Assembly: GCA_051942245.1 (NCBI GenBank)
Contig: JAVECL010000021.1
Coordinates: 1 to 64,000, forward strand
Source of the DNA: Trypethelium eluteriae
Taxonomy: Eukaryota
Direction: 5' to 3'
DNA length: 64,000 bases
The notes beneath the pieces were generated by a model. That model was not told where the DNA came from. It saw nothing but the letters and a program-made list of their open reading frames with translations, and did no database searches. Positions 25,268 to 36,956 of this stretch are shown piece after piece. The translations under genes were made by a program, and so were the position numbers. The first letter of the stretch is position 1, and each line of letters starts with the position of its first letter.

Positions 25268-27610
25268 GCCTGCTTCTTCTGTTGTACTCCATTCCCTTCT
25301 GTGTTTCATCTCCCCTTGTCTTTTTCTTGTACCAATATATTTTCTCAACAGCTTGGTTGGGCTCTGCGGTGTTCTCCAGTTTCTACTATGGCCTTGCTTT
25401 TTGCTGTTGGCGACATCATGAGCGTTCCGTTTCACTGCACCCTCAGGTTCGATTTACTCGTTCCTTCCTCTCCACTTTCTGACTTTCAACACTTGACCCC
25501 GATACGGCACAGCACGACATCTGCACGAACTTTACGAATTAAGGTCACGACATCATATGGCTAAGATAGGGCATGGCTTTCTCCCTCTTTTGGGGGAACT
25601 GCAAGTTTCCCGAAATCGGCATCGGCATGTATCATTATCTTGCACGGCGGTGGAAAGTACTCTCTACGGGTTTCCCAGGGATGAATATACTTTCACGAGT
25701 CTCCTTCCCCACTATTGTATATAGCTAGATTATGAGGTCAAATTGCATTTTGGTGGAATCTACAGTGACTCGAGTGACTCATCCATATCAATGCCATTCT
25801 AATAGCCTACTGACCCACGTAGCCGAAATTTGTTGAGTGCTTATTAGTTTTACGCAGCTGGAAGTGAGACAATCGACTTTCTGCGAAGAAAGAGCGATGA
25901 CATATGAAGCTCATATATGGATGCCGCTTAAAAACGTGACCTTGATTGTACATAGTAGTGGAGAAGACATCGATGGAAACATATACATACGAGGCTGATG
26001 GAGATCTTTGAGCAAGGTCGGTGGAGGGTTACCACGTGAAATTTTCTGCACAGAATCAAATGCTTGATTCTCTTCAATCATGATAGTCATATTGGACAGA
26101 CATGCATGCACCCATGGTTGATATTATTTTTAGCAAGATAGACAGTATTGATAGCGGTGAGAGCGAAGCATGACACAGGGATTAATGCGTATCATGGTTG
26201 CCTATCGTATCAACAAGAGGAGTTAATACTTACGTAGATGCAGCAGCGAAGACCTCTATTTTCCGCGCGTCCACCATAACAGCGAACATCAACGAGCATG
26301 CCGTCGGTAAGATGGCAATACTCCAATTCAGAGGAAGCTGCTCTGGACGACGTCGGGGACAACTACTCTACAAAGCAAAGTGGCAGCATTGACGCTACCA
26401 TTACCGTCGTAATAAAGAGTACAGCCATCGGAGTGAATTCGTTGTATTTAATCAATCCAGCCCCTAGATTATGGGAGACATTTCGCTGACAAAACTTGGG
26501 GCAAGGCTCTGTACCATCTCTTGCAGAATCTGATCGTAGCTTAGGCTTCTCGCCTATAATCTCATGTAATTTTGGAACTGCGGTGTCGCAAACCATCTTA
26601 AGAGATAATCAGGAGCTTGAAGTGTCCTCACATCACTTCGAAGCAACTTCCAGGGAATATAGGGTCATGCTGAAACGGAGCCTCCAGTCGTGACAGGGAC
26701 GCCTGCATTAGGAGAGCGTACTCCTTTGCTCCGAGTCTTGGTCAACAAGTCGGTTTGTCAGCGAAACCCAGTCGTAGGGATAGTACTCCCACTCGGTATG
26801 CATCCCATTCCTTCTTACACTTTCACGAAGATTTGACTCCATATGGACGGTCTTAGCCTACATGTACAGGAGGCTCCGCATGTTGAGAGTCTGGAAGCGA
26901 CAAAGACGACAAGCTCGTTCTGCGCTCCTATCAACTGAGCAACATTGGAAAGCCTTCCAAAATGACCGCAAATTATTTCAACACCTAACTCAAATCCTCC
27001 TGCATATATTTTTAACATGGTAAGCATATGTCTAACATTCTTCTTGACTTGAGTGGATGTACTGGTCGGTTGGCCGCAATCCTGGAGGGTTAAGCGCCGG
27101 GCGAACTTGCATACAAGTTGCAGCTAGGCTACAACATGTGGCCGATTCCTCTGATGTGCTGGCTAGGGATATCGGCAAAAGCATGGGGTTCTCCTATACG
27201 GTGAAGAAGACGCAATGCGCGTGCCATGTTGCTGCGCCCTACTGCTGTCTGCAAAGCATGCCGCAAATAAATGGCATTTGAGGTGTCTTGCAGCTGTCGT
27301 TCCTCTTGTGTGGGGAATGCAGCAATCGTAGCCAGTCGTAAATAGCCTTTCCAGTCTCACTCAGCTCAGGAACGCTGGATAAACTTCAAGAGGTAGACAT
27401 TATTTGTGCGGGAGGTGGAATAAGTACCAATTCGGTGCGGGGGAGATAAAACAATGGGGTATATATGGTGCGGTTGATCATTCTCTCGCTGGTACTGACC
27501 GTTGCAGTTCGCAGTCTGCTCTCGACTTCAGCAGCCCCCATCGGTCTGAATCTTCTCGCCATTCTTCTTTTCGATCCATTTCAGCAGGCCGATTTGCCTG
27601 TCGCAATCCA

Positions 27611-28653
27611 ATGGGGACGAACGTCAATATGACGCCAAGCTCTTCTTCTGCTCAGCAGAGCTTGCGGCAGCGCATGCCGGAATTCACAGCTAGCGAGCTT
27701 GAAGCAGCCATGCAAGATCGCAAACGATATTTGCTGAATAGCTTCATTACTTCGGGAATAGCCCCGACTACAATGTACGAGGTTGACCCTCAGAAGATTG
27801 CTGCAGGAACGAGTTCTACGGCAGCAACTTCTCAATCATCCGTCGAAGCGGAGGAAAGCACTTTTACCGCATCCCGAACCGTGCAATGTAACCCTAATTC
27901 AGCAGACGGCACGCGATCTGAGGTAAGGTGTTGGTCCCGATTGAGGCGAAGAATGGACAATTCACACATTGACAGTGCTGCGTGACTTACCAAGGACAGG
28001 GCTGCAAGGTCAACCACGGGGCAACGCGATATGCCAAAGTAATGAACCAACGCACCGGCAATGCCCAGTGTATCGAAGTGAAAGAGGATACTGGAACTGA
28101 TGTCAGCTGGGTATCTCCGCAGCTCGTGAGCTACTGTAATTTCTCCGCATTCGACGTCGTCGAGGAGAACCATTTCTTGGACTTTGGGGGAACCGTGTTT
28201 AAGGCAGAAAAGCGGGTCGAAATATCCTTCACGGGAAGATTGGAAAAGACTGGGAATACCGAATTCTTTGTGGCGCCCGACTTCTTTCCTTTCCACGGTC
28301 TCCTCGTCGGCAATCGATTTATCAACTCCTTTGGACATCCTCACAACGTTTTCCTACCAGAGCCAGATAAGACGCTTATTATGATGCAAAAGAAGGCAAC
28401 GGTAAGCGAAAGGAGCTTTGAAAGCATGACGAGAAAGCAACTGACAGAATCCTGTTGCATCTAGGAAGCAGAGCACCAATTGGGTGAAGCAGGCCGAGCA
28501 GAAGCCGATAAGAAGGCCTCTGAATTGGAACAAGAATTGTTAGGGAAAACGCAGCAGCAAACTTCGAGCATCCATTCCTACCAAAGGGAGCAGAGTCAAT
28601 TGACATCCACGCCATCCAGATCTGAAACACGGAGTAGCCGAGAACAGCATTGA
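27611..28653 (+). CDS. Hypothetical protein with retropepsin-like (single-lobe aspartic protease) domain; exons 27611-27922, 27976-28401, 28465-28653 (308 aa)
   Basis: Two phase-0 GT-AG introns join three exons in frame. DTG motif (KEDTGTDVSWVS, 28087-28095), then FLDFGG flap-like segment, VEISF, EFFV and LLVGNRF, then a charged helical tail. Confidence 0.65.
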
Positions 28654-29936
28654 TGGCTACACGGTTGATACGAGTCTATGGACGAATTGCTATAGAGCAC
28701 ATTGCAGTGATCAATATGTTTCCATAAGCGTGCTCTCTGTAATATATGTCCAGGTATGCATTTTGTATCCCGTGGAATGAGGGCGAATGGAAGATTTTTC
28801 ATCTCAAGTAAAATTTTAGAAGACGGCAACTCAGTGGTTCTTGGATGGACGATATGGTAGACCTGAATGTAAGCAAAGGCGTACATAAGAATGCAAAACT
28901 TAAAAGAGATCAAGGCCGAGTGATAGGATTGCTGCACATGCTCGAAGATGTGTCACTCGTGTCTGGCTGTGGTCAGTCTGGATTCCGGGAAAGTGTGGGC
29001 ATGCGTGGCATGGTCCAGCTCTCGGCGCTCATCTCTCCAAGTTCAGAGGACTTCGTGTGCGATCATTCGTGGCTGTTCAGGTAAACAGGTGCATAATTAC
29101 TTGCTATTTCTTACCATCTAAATCCTAAATACCCAGGTGGACTATTTTCGCTTCCAGTGGCGGACTGATCGGTGACTGGGACCTGCAGAACTAATTAGTG
29201 GTAAAAAAAAAAGTGGTCGGAAGCGTTCGCACGATCTGGCAACTCAACACGGATCAGCCGTGTCTCCCCGTAAGCTTCCCAGTCCAGTCCCCACCTGGGG
29301 TGCTGGGGTGCTTGGGTCAGTGGCTTACGGTCCAGTTTCAAGGTGGCCAGAGCACCAGAGGCTGTTCCCCCAGACCAGCCCTCTGGAGCTTTCTACTGTG
29401 GGACCAGGGTGCAATCCTTCGCGCGCTACGCAGTACTCTAGTGCCAATCGTCGTGTGGTGGTGTGTTGGATCTCTATGTGCCTCTATATCGTATCGTGTC
29501 CCTGCTCTTTCGTTCCGTCATCCCGCCTCCATTTGGTGTTTAGGGCCGACTGCGAATCGCTGTGCTTATAAGTGCCATCAACACCGTGTGGGCTCCCAAT
29601 GCTGCGAGGAAAATAAATTAGCTCGCTCGACCTCACAATACCTTACAACGATTACACATAGCAGTCAATTTCTTGCGCTGCGGGGGACCAGCCTTTGAGA
29701 CAGCCTTATCTACCTCAATTAGGAAATGTATGCATAGGGTCTTGTCCATTCCCTCGCGGTGTCAACATTGTATCAACGTTCTGACAGTGGCCTCAGTCTT
29801 CACAGGTGTCGCAAGTCATCGCAGAGAGCAAAGAGCCACGGCAAGAATCCATCGGCGGGCGAGCATGCTCAGGCGACGCCGAGCATGCACTTAGTGGCGT
29901 CGCGATACCCTCCTCAAGCATGATGAATCCGTAGGG

Positions 29937-30901
29937 ATGCCAACACCGCCGCAGAAAGTATTGGATAGCCGGAAGAACATGGCGGAGGATGCGCTACGAA
30001 GGGCATTGGAAAAAGGAACCACCTTTCAAGACCTTTACGATATAAGACGGTGTCTTCAGGACTCCGCGCAAGAATCTGGTCTTCCGAATGAATTTTTTGA
30101 GGTCCTTCAGGACAAAGACTACGCCAACCTGTACATCAAGCTCACCTCTCGTCGTGGCTTCACTCCACCTACCGGTCCATCTTTAGGCACAGGCGCAATC
30201 ACCCCACCACGTAGCGCTTCCGGCTTAGACCAGTTCGAGCTGCCGCACGCAAGCTTGTCCAAAGGGGAAGAATTCCACAAGAGAGGTAAAGAGGGGTTCA
30301 TACCCCCGACTTATGACGAAAGTGTAGGTTACCACGAGATTCAACTCACTGGAGGGACTTACTGATGGTTGTGTTTCACCCAGGCCAATCCATACAATGT
30401 CAAGGTCCACCATCCAAGCAGGGACCACATTGAAATGGTGACAGCAAGCCGCTGCAAAGAAGAGGAAAGTTTCATTTCTGATAAGGTTCTGGCGCGCAAC
30501 AACCTCTCACTGCATCTGGATCGTGACAACACAATTAAATTGACCTGGAAGGAGCTCTCCGAGACCTCTGCTAAGACGCGTCGCACAAAGTTCAGACGAA
30601 TTTCCGATAAAGACATCCGAAATGACATTGCGATCGGACAGAATCTTGATAACTGTGGTGATGACGAGAGCAGTATATCCGATTCAATGCAGCAGCTTGC
30701 ATTAGGTGTGTCCCCTTCGTTTTGCTCAACGGAATGGAAGCTGATGCGAGCGAAGTCTACGACGGAAGACCAACTCAGTCGGAGGAGGCCATGCCTCCAG
30801 AAATGATTCACAACGCCACGGACTTTTTTCTGAGCCTGCAATCAAAGTATACCCTCACGCGTAGGCGACAGTCGCAATCCGTCAACGATATGGTCCCCTG
30901 A
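29937..30901 (+). CDS. Hypothetical protein with a degenerate retropepsin-like domain lacking DTG; exons 29937-30323, 30384-30705, 30756-30901 (last exon tentative)
   Basis: A phase-0 intron 30324-30383 (GTAGGT...TACTGAT...CAG) joins the two ORFs. Exon 2 has SFIS..VLA...L, IKLTW, TKF and DIAIGQ in retropepsin order. If the last intron is not used the stop is at 30806. Confidence 0.5.
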
Positions 30902-32403
30902 GACAAGGACCAATGATCAGCCTTCAATGCATTTAGGAGCCGAATTAACCAGCCCAACTGTATTCAGCCATGGAGCTCAGACGGCCAAAAAATGAACGTC
31001 GTTGAAAAGGCGTCTACAGTCTCAGGTACTGCGGACGACTGGGCAGACATTTTGCGTCGGAGACTTGGGGCCAGAAAACACCATAAGCCTTGCGACTTGA
31101 AGTTGCTTTCAGTCATTGTACCTGTGACCGCTGAAAGCACGACACGAACTTGGCTTTAGTCCCCGGCGCCAAATAGCATGTCGCTCGACGAACATCTTTC
31201 AGGTGGCCGACCGATCGGAGCCTGTATGCTCTGTCGCGGAGCATCCTGAAGATGCAGGTTGTAGGTGGGAATGATCTGCGGTTCGCGGTGTGCGATGCTG
31301 GATCTCGTCCTGCCGAATGCTTTGCGATCCGTTGAGCACATAGCTAAGTCTCGCTATGTCGGAGGAAACGAAGCTGAGATTCTGCAAAGTCTCATGCTCA
31401 TCAATAAATCGTGGGATATGTAAGTTGGTTGTAAACTCGAAAATGAAACTTGGGCTGACGGACTGTCATATATAGAGCGGTCCCTGCGTTACACGGAAGG
31501 TCTTAGACCTCGGTGTAACATGACCTGCAAATTGCCGCTTCGAATGATAGGACAGACTACTTTATGTGTGAGACTTCGTTAGTGTGAACTGTACAGCTAC
31601 CGAAAAATTGAGTTTACTAAGCCTGTGCGCTTGAATCATCGTGAGAAGTCATGGGCGCCATGAGTTTGCCACGTTGGAGGTCCGTGGCCCGTAATTACTA
31701 AAGGCAGTATCCTTTCCTCGGGTAAGCCTTTCATGTCATACTGCAACGATACCTAATTATTAGCTTCTACTTGCCCCATCCTGAGTTCGTAATCGTGTAG
31801 CTTACCCCCGGTGTGAGGTTCATTCTGCGATCCTCTATACTTTGGCCGTTCCTTGACTTGCCGAAATTAAGGTGGGAAGTATCCACGACACCGGACTCTT
31901 GCAGGAAATCTAACTACAAGAATATCCCTCAGTCAGCATTAGATGCAAGAGGCTTGTGAATTCGTTGCTTCTCCGAGTGATGACCGCTGTGATAGTTTCT
32001 TCCTAATCTGCGTCTGAAGGATCTAGAGTAAGCGATGAACACAAGACTCTGCCTTTCCCAGCAGACAATGTTATGATGCAATTTCGATATCGCATACGTA
32101 ACCCCTGTCTCCGTCTAACCGTAGGTGAATCCCCGATGTACTATCTAGCCTCTCAAAGAAGCAGATTCCCCCACGTCTGAAAGTGTCCTTCCCTCTCTAC
32201 CGGTTCCGAAACAATACTCTGCCCGCGCAGCTGCCGAACAATACCACGTCAAAGCATCATACTCTTTAATCTGTGTGGCGAAGTAGGAATACATGTCCTA
32301 GAAGGATGACGAGCTGGAGGCTACGGAAGCGCTTGTTCGAGGCCACGTTGATTTGCACTGCAGATCGTCGATCGTCCCACTGTAGGACGATGCGATAGTA
32401 GTT

Positions 32404-33795
32404 CTACTCTATGCCCAGGACTGACGCCGATCGAGGAAGGGGGTCGAGAGGCGGTAGCAGAAAATCGAGAGCAAAGGAGTCGCCAAGAGAGGGACGACGG
32501 AGGCGTTGTGGTGATACTTGGCGCTGGTCTTCGTCTAATTCTTGGTCCCGCGCCTCTTCTCGTTTGGGTGGAGACGAAGACAGTACTTGCGCTGGTTTAT
32601 GTTCCTGCGCCGATGTTTCAAACTGACTCACATATTCCGTCTCCAGGGGAGGAAGAGCTTTCAGCGTTGGCCCTGGACTCACGCGATTACTCAAGCTATC
32701 TTCGGGCTTGATCTCCTCCTCTGATTCCCCTCGATCTTTCCGCATAGGGCCGGCGACCCCCGAGTCATCGAACAGAGTGGTGCCGTTGATCGTATCTTCG
32801 TGGTCATCATCAGTGATACTCTTGCGGTTTGGAGCTTTGTCAAGACCCGCGCTCGCCGGTCTCGAAGCCACGGTCATGTCGTCCTCGTTGCCACAAGGCT
32901 GCACCATCTTCCCTGCCTTCTTCTTTATTTCATCGACCACTACAGGATCAGAAGCCATTCCTTGATCGCTATTCGCTAATGACTTGTGGGAGTCCAGTGC
33001 CGATTCTCCAGTCCGCGCCATCAAGGCCATGTCTGTTGCACTCCTTTGCCCCCTCGGTCTCAAGCCAAAACCCCTCGAGCAAACCTTGTTATCGTACGAT
33101 TTTCTGGCATATCTGGGGTCTGGAGAGCAAATTTGGAAACCTGAGTAGGAGTACCCTGAGTATGGACGGGACAGTGCCCGCAACGTGGTTGAGGCAGGAT
33201 CACCTCCTGCTTCGAGGTACTCGCGACTACTCCACGTCGGTCGAACGACACGAGCTGTGCGAGGAAGAGATGTCAATCTCACACTCTGAGAGACGCTGAG
33301 GAAGCTGCCCGAGTAAGCTCGCCTATTCTGTTTCTGTGTAGAAGGTAGTGGGACGATGCTGGGTAAGTCCGGTCTGCTCGCATTTGGATTGGTGACATCG
33401 AGACAAGATGAGGCGAATGAGCCATCGTTAGGAACTCCGAGGCTTAACGAAAAGGTAGAGGAGGTGAAAAGATTATCCGGATCTTCGTCTTCAATTTTCG
33501 CTACTCGACGGACATTGCCGACCTTGAAGCAGGGCACTGTTTGTTGCTCGGATTTTGATCCAGTGACGGTTCTAGAGAACTTTGAGATACCAGTCCCAGG
33601 CCTGACCGTCGGCTTGCAAGGCTGAAGCAGCTCTGTGGCTTTAGTATCTAACAAGCAGAGCCAAGTGCACATTTTACGCAATGGAATGAACCCAGCGATT
33701 GTGAAATGAAGGTCGAAATTAAGACACATGCGAGAAACGAGAAGGAGTAGGCCTGGTAGCATTGATGATGTCTCCCACAGTTCAGGTGATTGCAC
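32404..33795 (-). CDS. Hypothetical low-complexity Ser/Pro/charged protein; true 5' end uncertain (likely acceptor near 33633, donor near 33958)
   Basis: 463-codon open frame with no recognised domain. TACTAAAGCCACAG branch/acceptor suggests the first ~54 codons of the ORF are intronic. Confidence 0.5.
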   Translation of the reverse strand: MQSPELWETSSMLPGLLLLVSRMCLNFDLHFTIAGFIPLRKMCTWLCLLDTKATELLQPCKPTVRPGTGISKFSRTVTGSKSEQQTVPCFKVGNVRRVAKIEDEDPDNLFTSSTFSLSLGVPNDGSFASSCLDVTNPNASRPDLPSIVPLPSTQKQNRRAYSGSFLSVSQSVRLTSLPRTARVVRPTWSSREYLEAGGDPASTTLRALSRPYSGYSYSGFQICSPDPRYARKSYDNKVCSRGFGLRPRGQRSATDMALMARTGESALDSHKSLANSDQGMASDPVVVDEIKKKAGKMVQPCGNEDDMTVASRPASAGLDKAPNRKSITDDDHEDTINGTTLFDDSGVAGPMRKDRGESEEEIKPEDSLSNRVSPGPTLKALPPLETEYVSQFETSAQEHKPAQVLSSSPPKREEARDQELDEDQRQVSPQRLRRPSLGDSFALDFLLPPLDPLPRSASVLGIE

Positions 33796-35038
33796 CTACG
33801 CTTGGAGCAGTGCCTATTCATGGTACGTGCTGGCAAGAGCGGTATCGCACCTGCCATTATTGATGGTGAAGATTATTACTGGTAGGTAGATCTACCTTCC
33901 TCCCAAAATGGCACTCTGCTCGCGGCCTATGAGCCCACTTTGGTAGGCTACAACTTACCAGACTCTCCGAGGCGTATGATATGTCTTCGAGGAACGTTTG
34001 TCGAGCTTACGCAAAATTGATTCTCTGCTTCATTGGCAGTGATGCAAGCTGTACAAATCGATCGCTAGCCATTGGGGAAGAGCGCGAGGCAACCGTCGGC
34101 CGCTAAAGGTGTATCACTGGCAACTCATGCTGCGCGCGGTCGTACTACTTCACAAGGTGAAGATTTTAGTGCGGTGCCCAAGATACTGAGAGGAATTAGA
34201 AAACAACTCCTGAATGGGGAGGAAGTTTGAAATCTCCAAATGCGCAGGAAGCCTGCCGTTCGGGTTGGAAGTAGAGTACCTATCAGTTTGCGCGCCGTCT
34301 GTGATGATGCCTCATGCCTATCTCGGACTTCAACGCAGTACGAAACTAGCTATAATCAAGCTCCTTATTTGAATGAGTGTTATTACAATATCCAACGCCC
34401 CCGAGGGTCTATCTGATTCTCCATGCAGACGTTATGCCTGTCGGGTTGTTCATAAATATCTTGTATTCGCTGTACATTACTGATATTGCACTACATGTAA
34501 AGCATAAGGTTAAAGTCCGAACTTTTTCGAGCGCATTACCAATTAATTAGCTAGTACCAATGATAGAATCTTACGTCAGACAATCTGTATATCCAATGGC
34601 CATGGCCGACATGAACACTACCTGAGTGAAAACGCCTTACTCTGGGATTGTCAGCTTCGAAGTCCAATGCAGATTATTGATGCGAAGTGCAATTGAATTA
34701 GAGACCGAAGCAGAACTTCAGCGCTGCAGTTGGGACAAGTTAGTCCTTTAGCATCATCCTAGAGGGAGATGCAGTCAGGTTCTGTTTGAAAAAGCTCATC
34801 CTAGGCAAGCATCCTATATGGATGTTGCTGTCGGTGAAATTGTTTTCGCATCTTGATTCAACTAAAGTACATGGGATCGAAGAGACCTGTGTAAAGAACC
34901 CACTCGTCTGAAGTCTCTCATTCTCATTCTGTGCTCATTCTCATTCTTTCTACATCGAAAGGAACCCCCACGCGACACGCTCGCAACACGAAGTCAAGAG
35001 CAGCTCGCAAGGGGCAGTCGGTGTGAATCAGTACCCAC

Positions 35039-36956
35039 CTAGTCCTGATTTGTGTATGTCTCCTCAGACACGCCATCTTCGGGATATTCTGGGATGCGGA
35101 CAGTGAAGCGCTTTTCGACGGCACTGAGAATTTCCTGGTCTTGCTCACTGGAAATGAAGGAGATGGCGAGACCCTTGGTACCAAAGCGACCAGCACGTCC
35201 AACGCGATGGAAATACGAGTCCGCATCACTAGGAAGATCGTAGTTGATGGCAACGTTGATTTCGGCAAAGTCGATTCCGCGACCGAAGACGTCGGTGGCC
35301 ACGCAGATACGGGTCTTATTTTGCTTGAAGCCATTGTAGCGTGCAATACTGATGTATGTTAGAGCCTGTTCGTTTCTTTTTTCCCCCCTTTGAAAATGAA
35401 GCATGGACATACCGTTCTTCCTGACTGATACCCGAGTGCACGGCGATGGATGGGAAGTTGCAGGAGTTGAGAAGCTTGCTGAGTTCATTGGCGCGAGCGG
35501 TGCTCTTCACAAAGATGATAACCTGCTTAAAGGCCAAAGTGTCGAGGAACCAATTCAACTTGCGATTCTTCTCCTTCTCAGCTAGCTTGACCGTGTATTG
35601 CTGAAGTCCGTGGAGTGTGATCTTGCTGTCATCATCGGCATCACCAACAGTAATTTCGGTCGGATTCTTCATGAATTTCTTCGCGATGGGACGGATCTCG
35701 GGAGAGAGTGTAGCACTGAACATCATGACTTGTTTCTGTGGAGGGGTTTGGCGGAAGATGTCTTGCACATCACGGCGCATGTCTGAATGTGTGTCAGGTT
35801 CAGCCGTGACAGCCAACAGTTTCAATGTACATACCAATCTGCTCCAGCATCTTGTCGCACTCGTCGAGGACGAACATGGTAACGTTGCGAAGGTTGAGGT
35901 GTTTCTCACGGACCAGAGCTCCAAGGCGGCCCGGGGTGCCGACGATGATATTGGGCACTGATTCCTTACTCTTGAGAGAGTCGATGTCCTTCTGCAACGG
36001 GGTTCCACCATAGAAGACACCGGTCTTCACATTTGGCATCCACTTTTGGAAACGAGCATATTCGTTGCGGATTTGATGTGCCAGCTCACGGGTGTGACAC
36101 ATGACCAAGACACCCACCTCACCCTCAACAGGATCAAGGTTCTGAAGGGTTGCGAGGACGAAGATTGCCGTCTTGCCGAGACCAGACTTGGCCGAGACGA
36201 GAATGTCGGTGCCGAGGATAGCCTGAGGAATGGCACGTTGTTGGACTAGAGGCGGCGGAGGAGTTAGAGAAATGTTCGCGAAAATGGTACGGTAGTGGGG
36301 ACGATCCGTGCGATCGTCCGTCCATCTCTCATAATCCTCTTGAAGCAATGGTAAACGTCTGGCCACCTTTTTCTGCATCGAGAGAAGTGATACGATACGG
36401 GAACACGCCTCCCCCAAATCCTGGAGCATTCTCAATTCCTTGTGCTTGCGCTCAGTATTCCACCCAGTGATCTGTTCGCTTTCGCAATGTGATCGAGGTA
36501 AGGAAACGATAAGCCAAACATAGCCCGTTTGCTTCCGGTGGTTTCCCCACCGGGAGTCATCCGTTGATGACAAACTCGACACCACCAGCCAAGCCGTATG
36601 ATGGTTTCAGGACGTCAAAATTATTGTAACCCTTCTCATCGATGAATTCATTGCTTTATTCTTCCAAAGATGGACGGACGATCGGCGATTTGGGTAAAGG
36701 GAAGAAGTTTTTTTTGGAGTAACTAACCATCCGATGGATGCTCAAAACCGCTGTCGGCGATGGCCTTGGTAAGCTCGCCCTTGAGAAGAAAGTCGCGAAA
36801 CCCGCTCGAATGGATACCAGCGTAAGAACCCTTCTGGTCGGCATCTCCACCACCGGCGCCGTCTGCTTTCTTGGCGTCTCCATTGGCAGCAGTGGCGACG
36901 GGCTCCGTCTGGAGCTCCTCGTCAGAGTAGTCGATGAGATCTTCTTCGGCAGACAT
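35039..36956 (-). CDS. SUB2: DECD-box RNA helicase Sub2/UAP56 (4 exons; intron 1 = 36246-36727)
   Basis: [85 protein letters not shown]. Confidence 0.96.
36311..36684 (-). ncRNA. Candidate structured intronic RNA element in SUB2 intron 1
   Basis: Perfect 17-bp inverted repeat (36311-36327 / 36668-36684) enclosing nested helices and several hairpins; see findings. Confidence 0.6.

Noticed and set aside
25911..27360. Short ORFs upstream of the retropepsin-like gene, including a GVEIICGHF segment faintly like a Rossmann-fold fragment
   Set aside because: Too short and unsupported to call a pseudogene.
27611..28653. LTR-retrotransposon protease remnant
   Set aside because: The gene has two clean spliceosomal introns, an intact frame, and no gag, RT, integrase or LTR nearby.
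36524..36575. Hammerhead-ribozyme-like look (CGGAUGA followed by a stem) in the SUB2 intron core
   Set aside because: The core is not CUGANGA and the stem is not followed by GAAA, so the required catalytic nucleotides are missing.
36311..36684. RNase P/MRP, SRP RNA or TPP riboswitch identity for the structured intron (tempting because RPR2 is adjacent)
   Set aside because: I could not find the P4 consensus halves, the SRP helix-8 motif or the TPP aptamer consensus by eye. Only cmscan would settle it.
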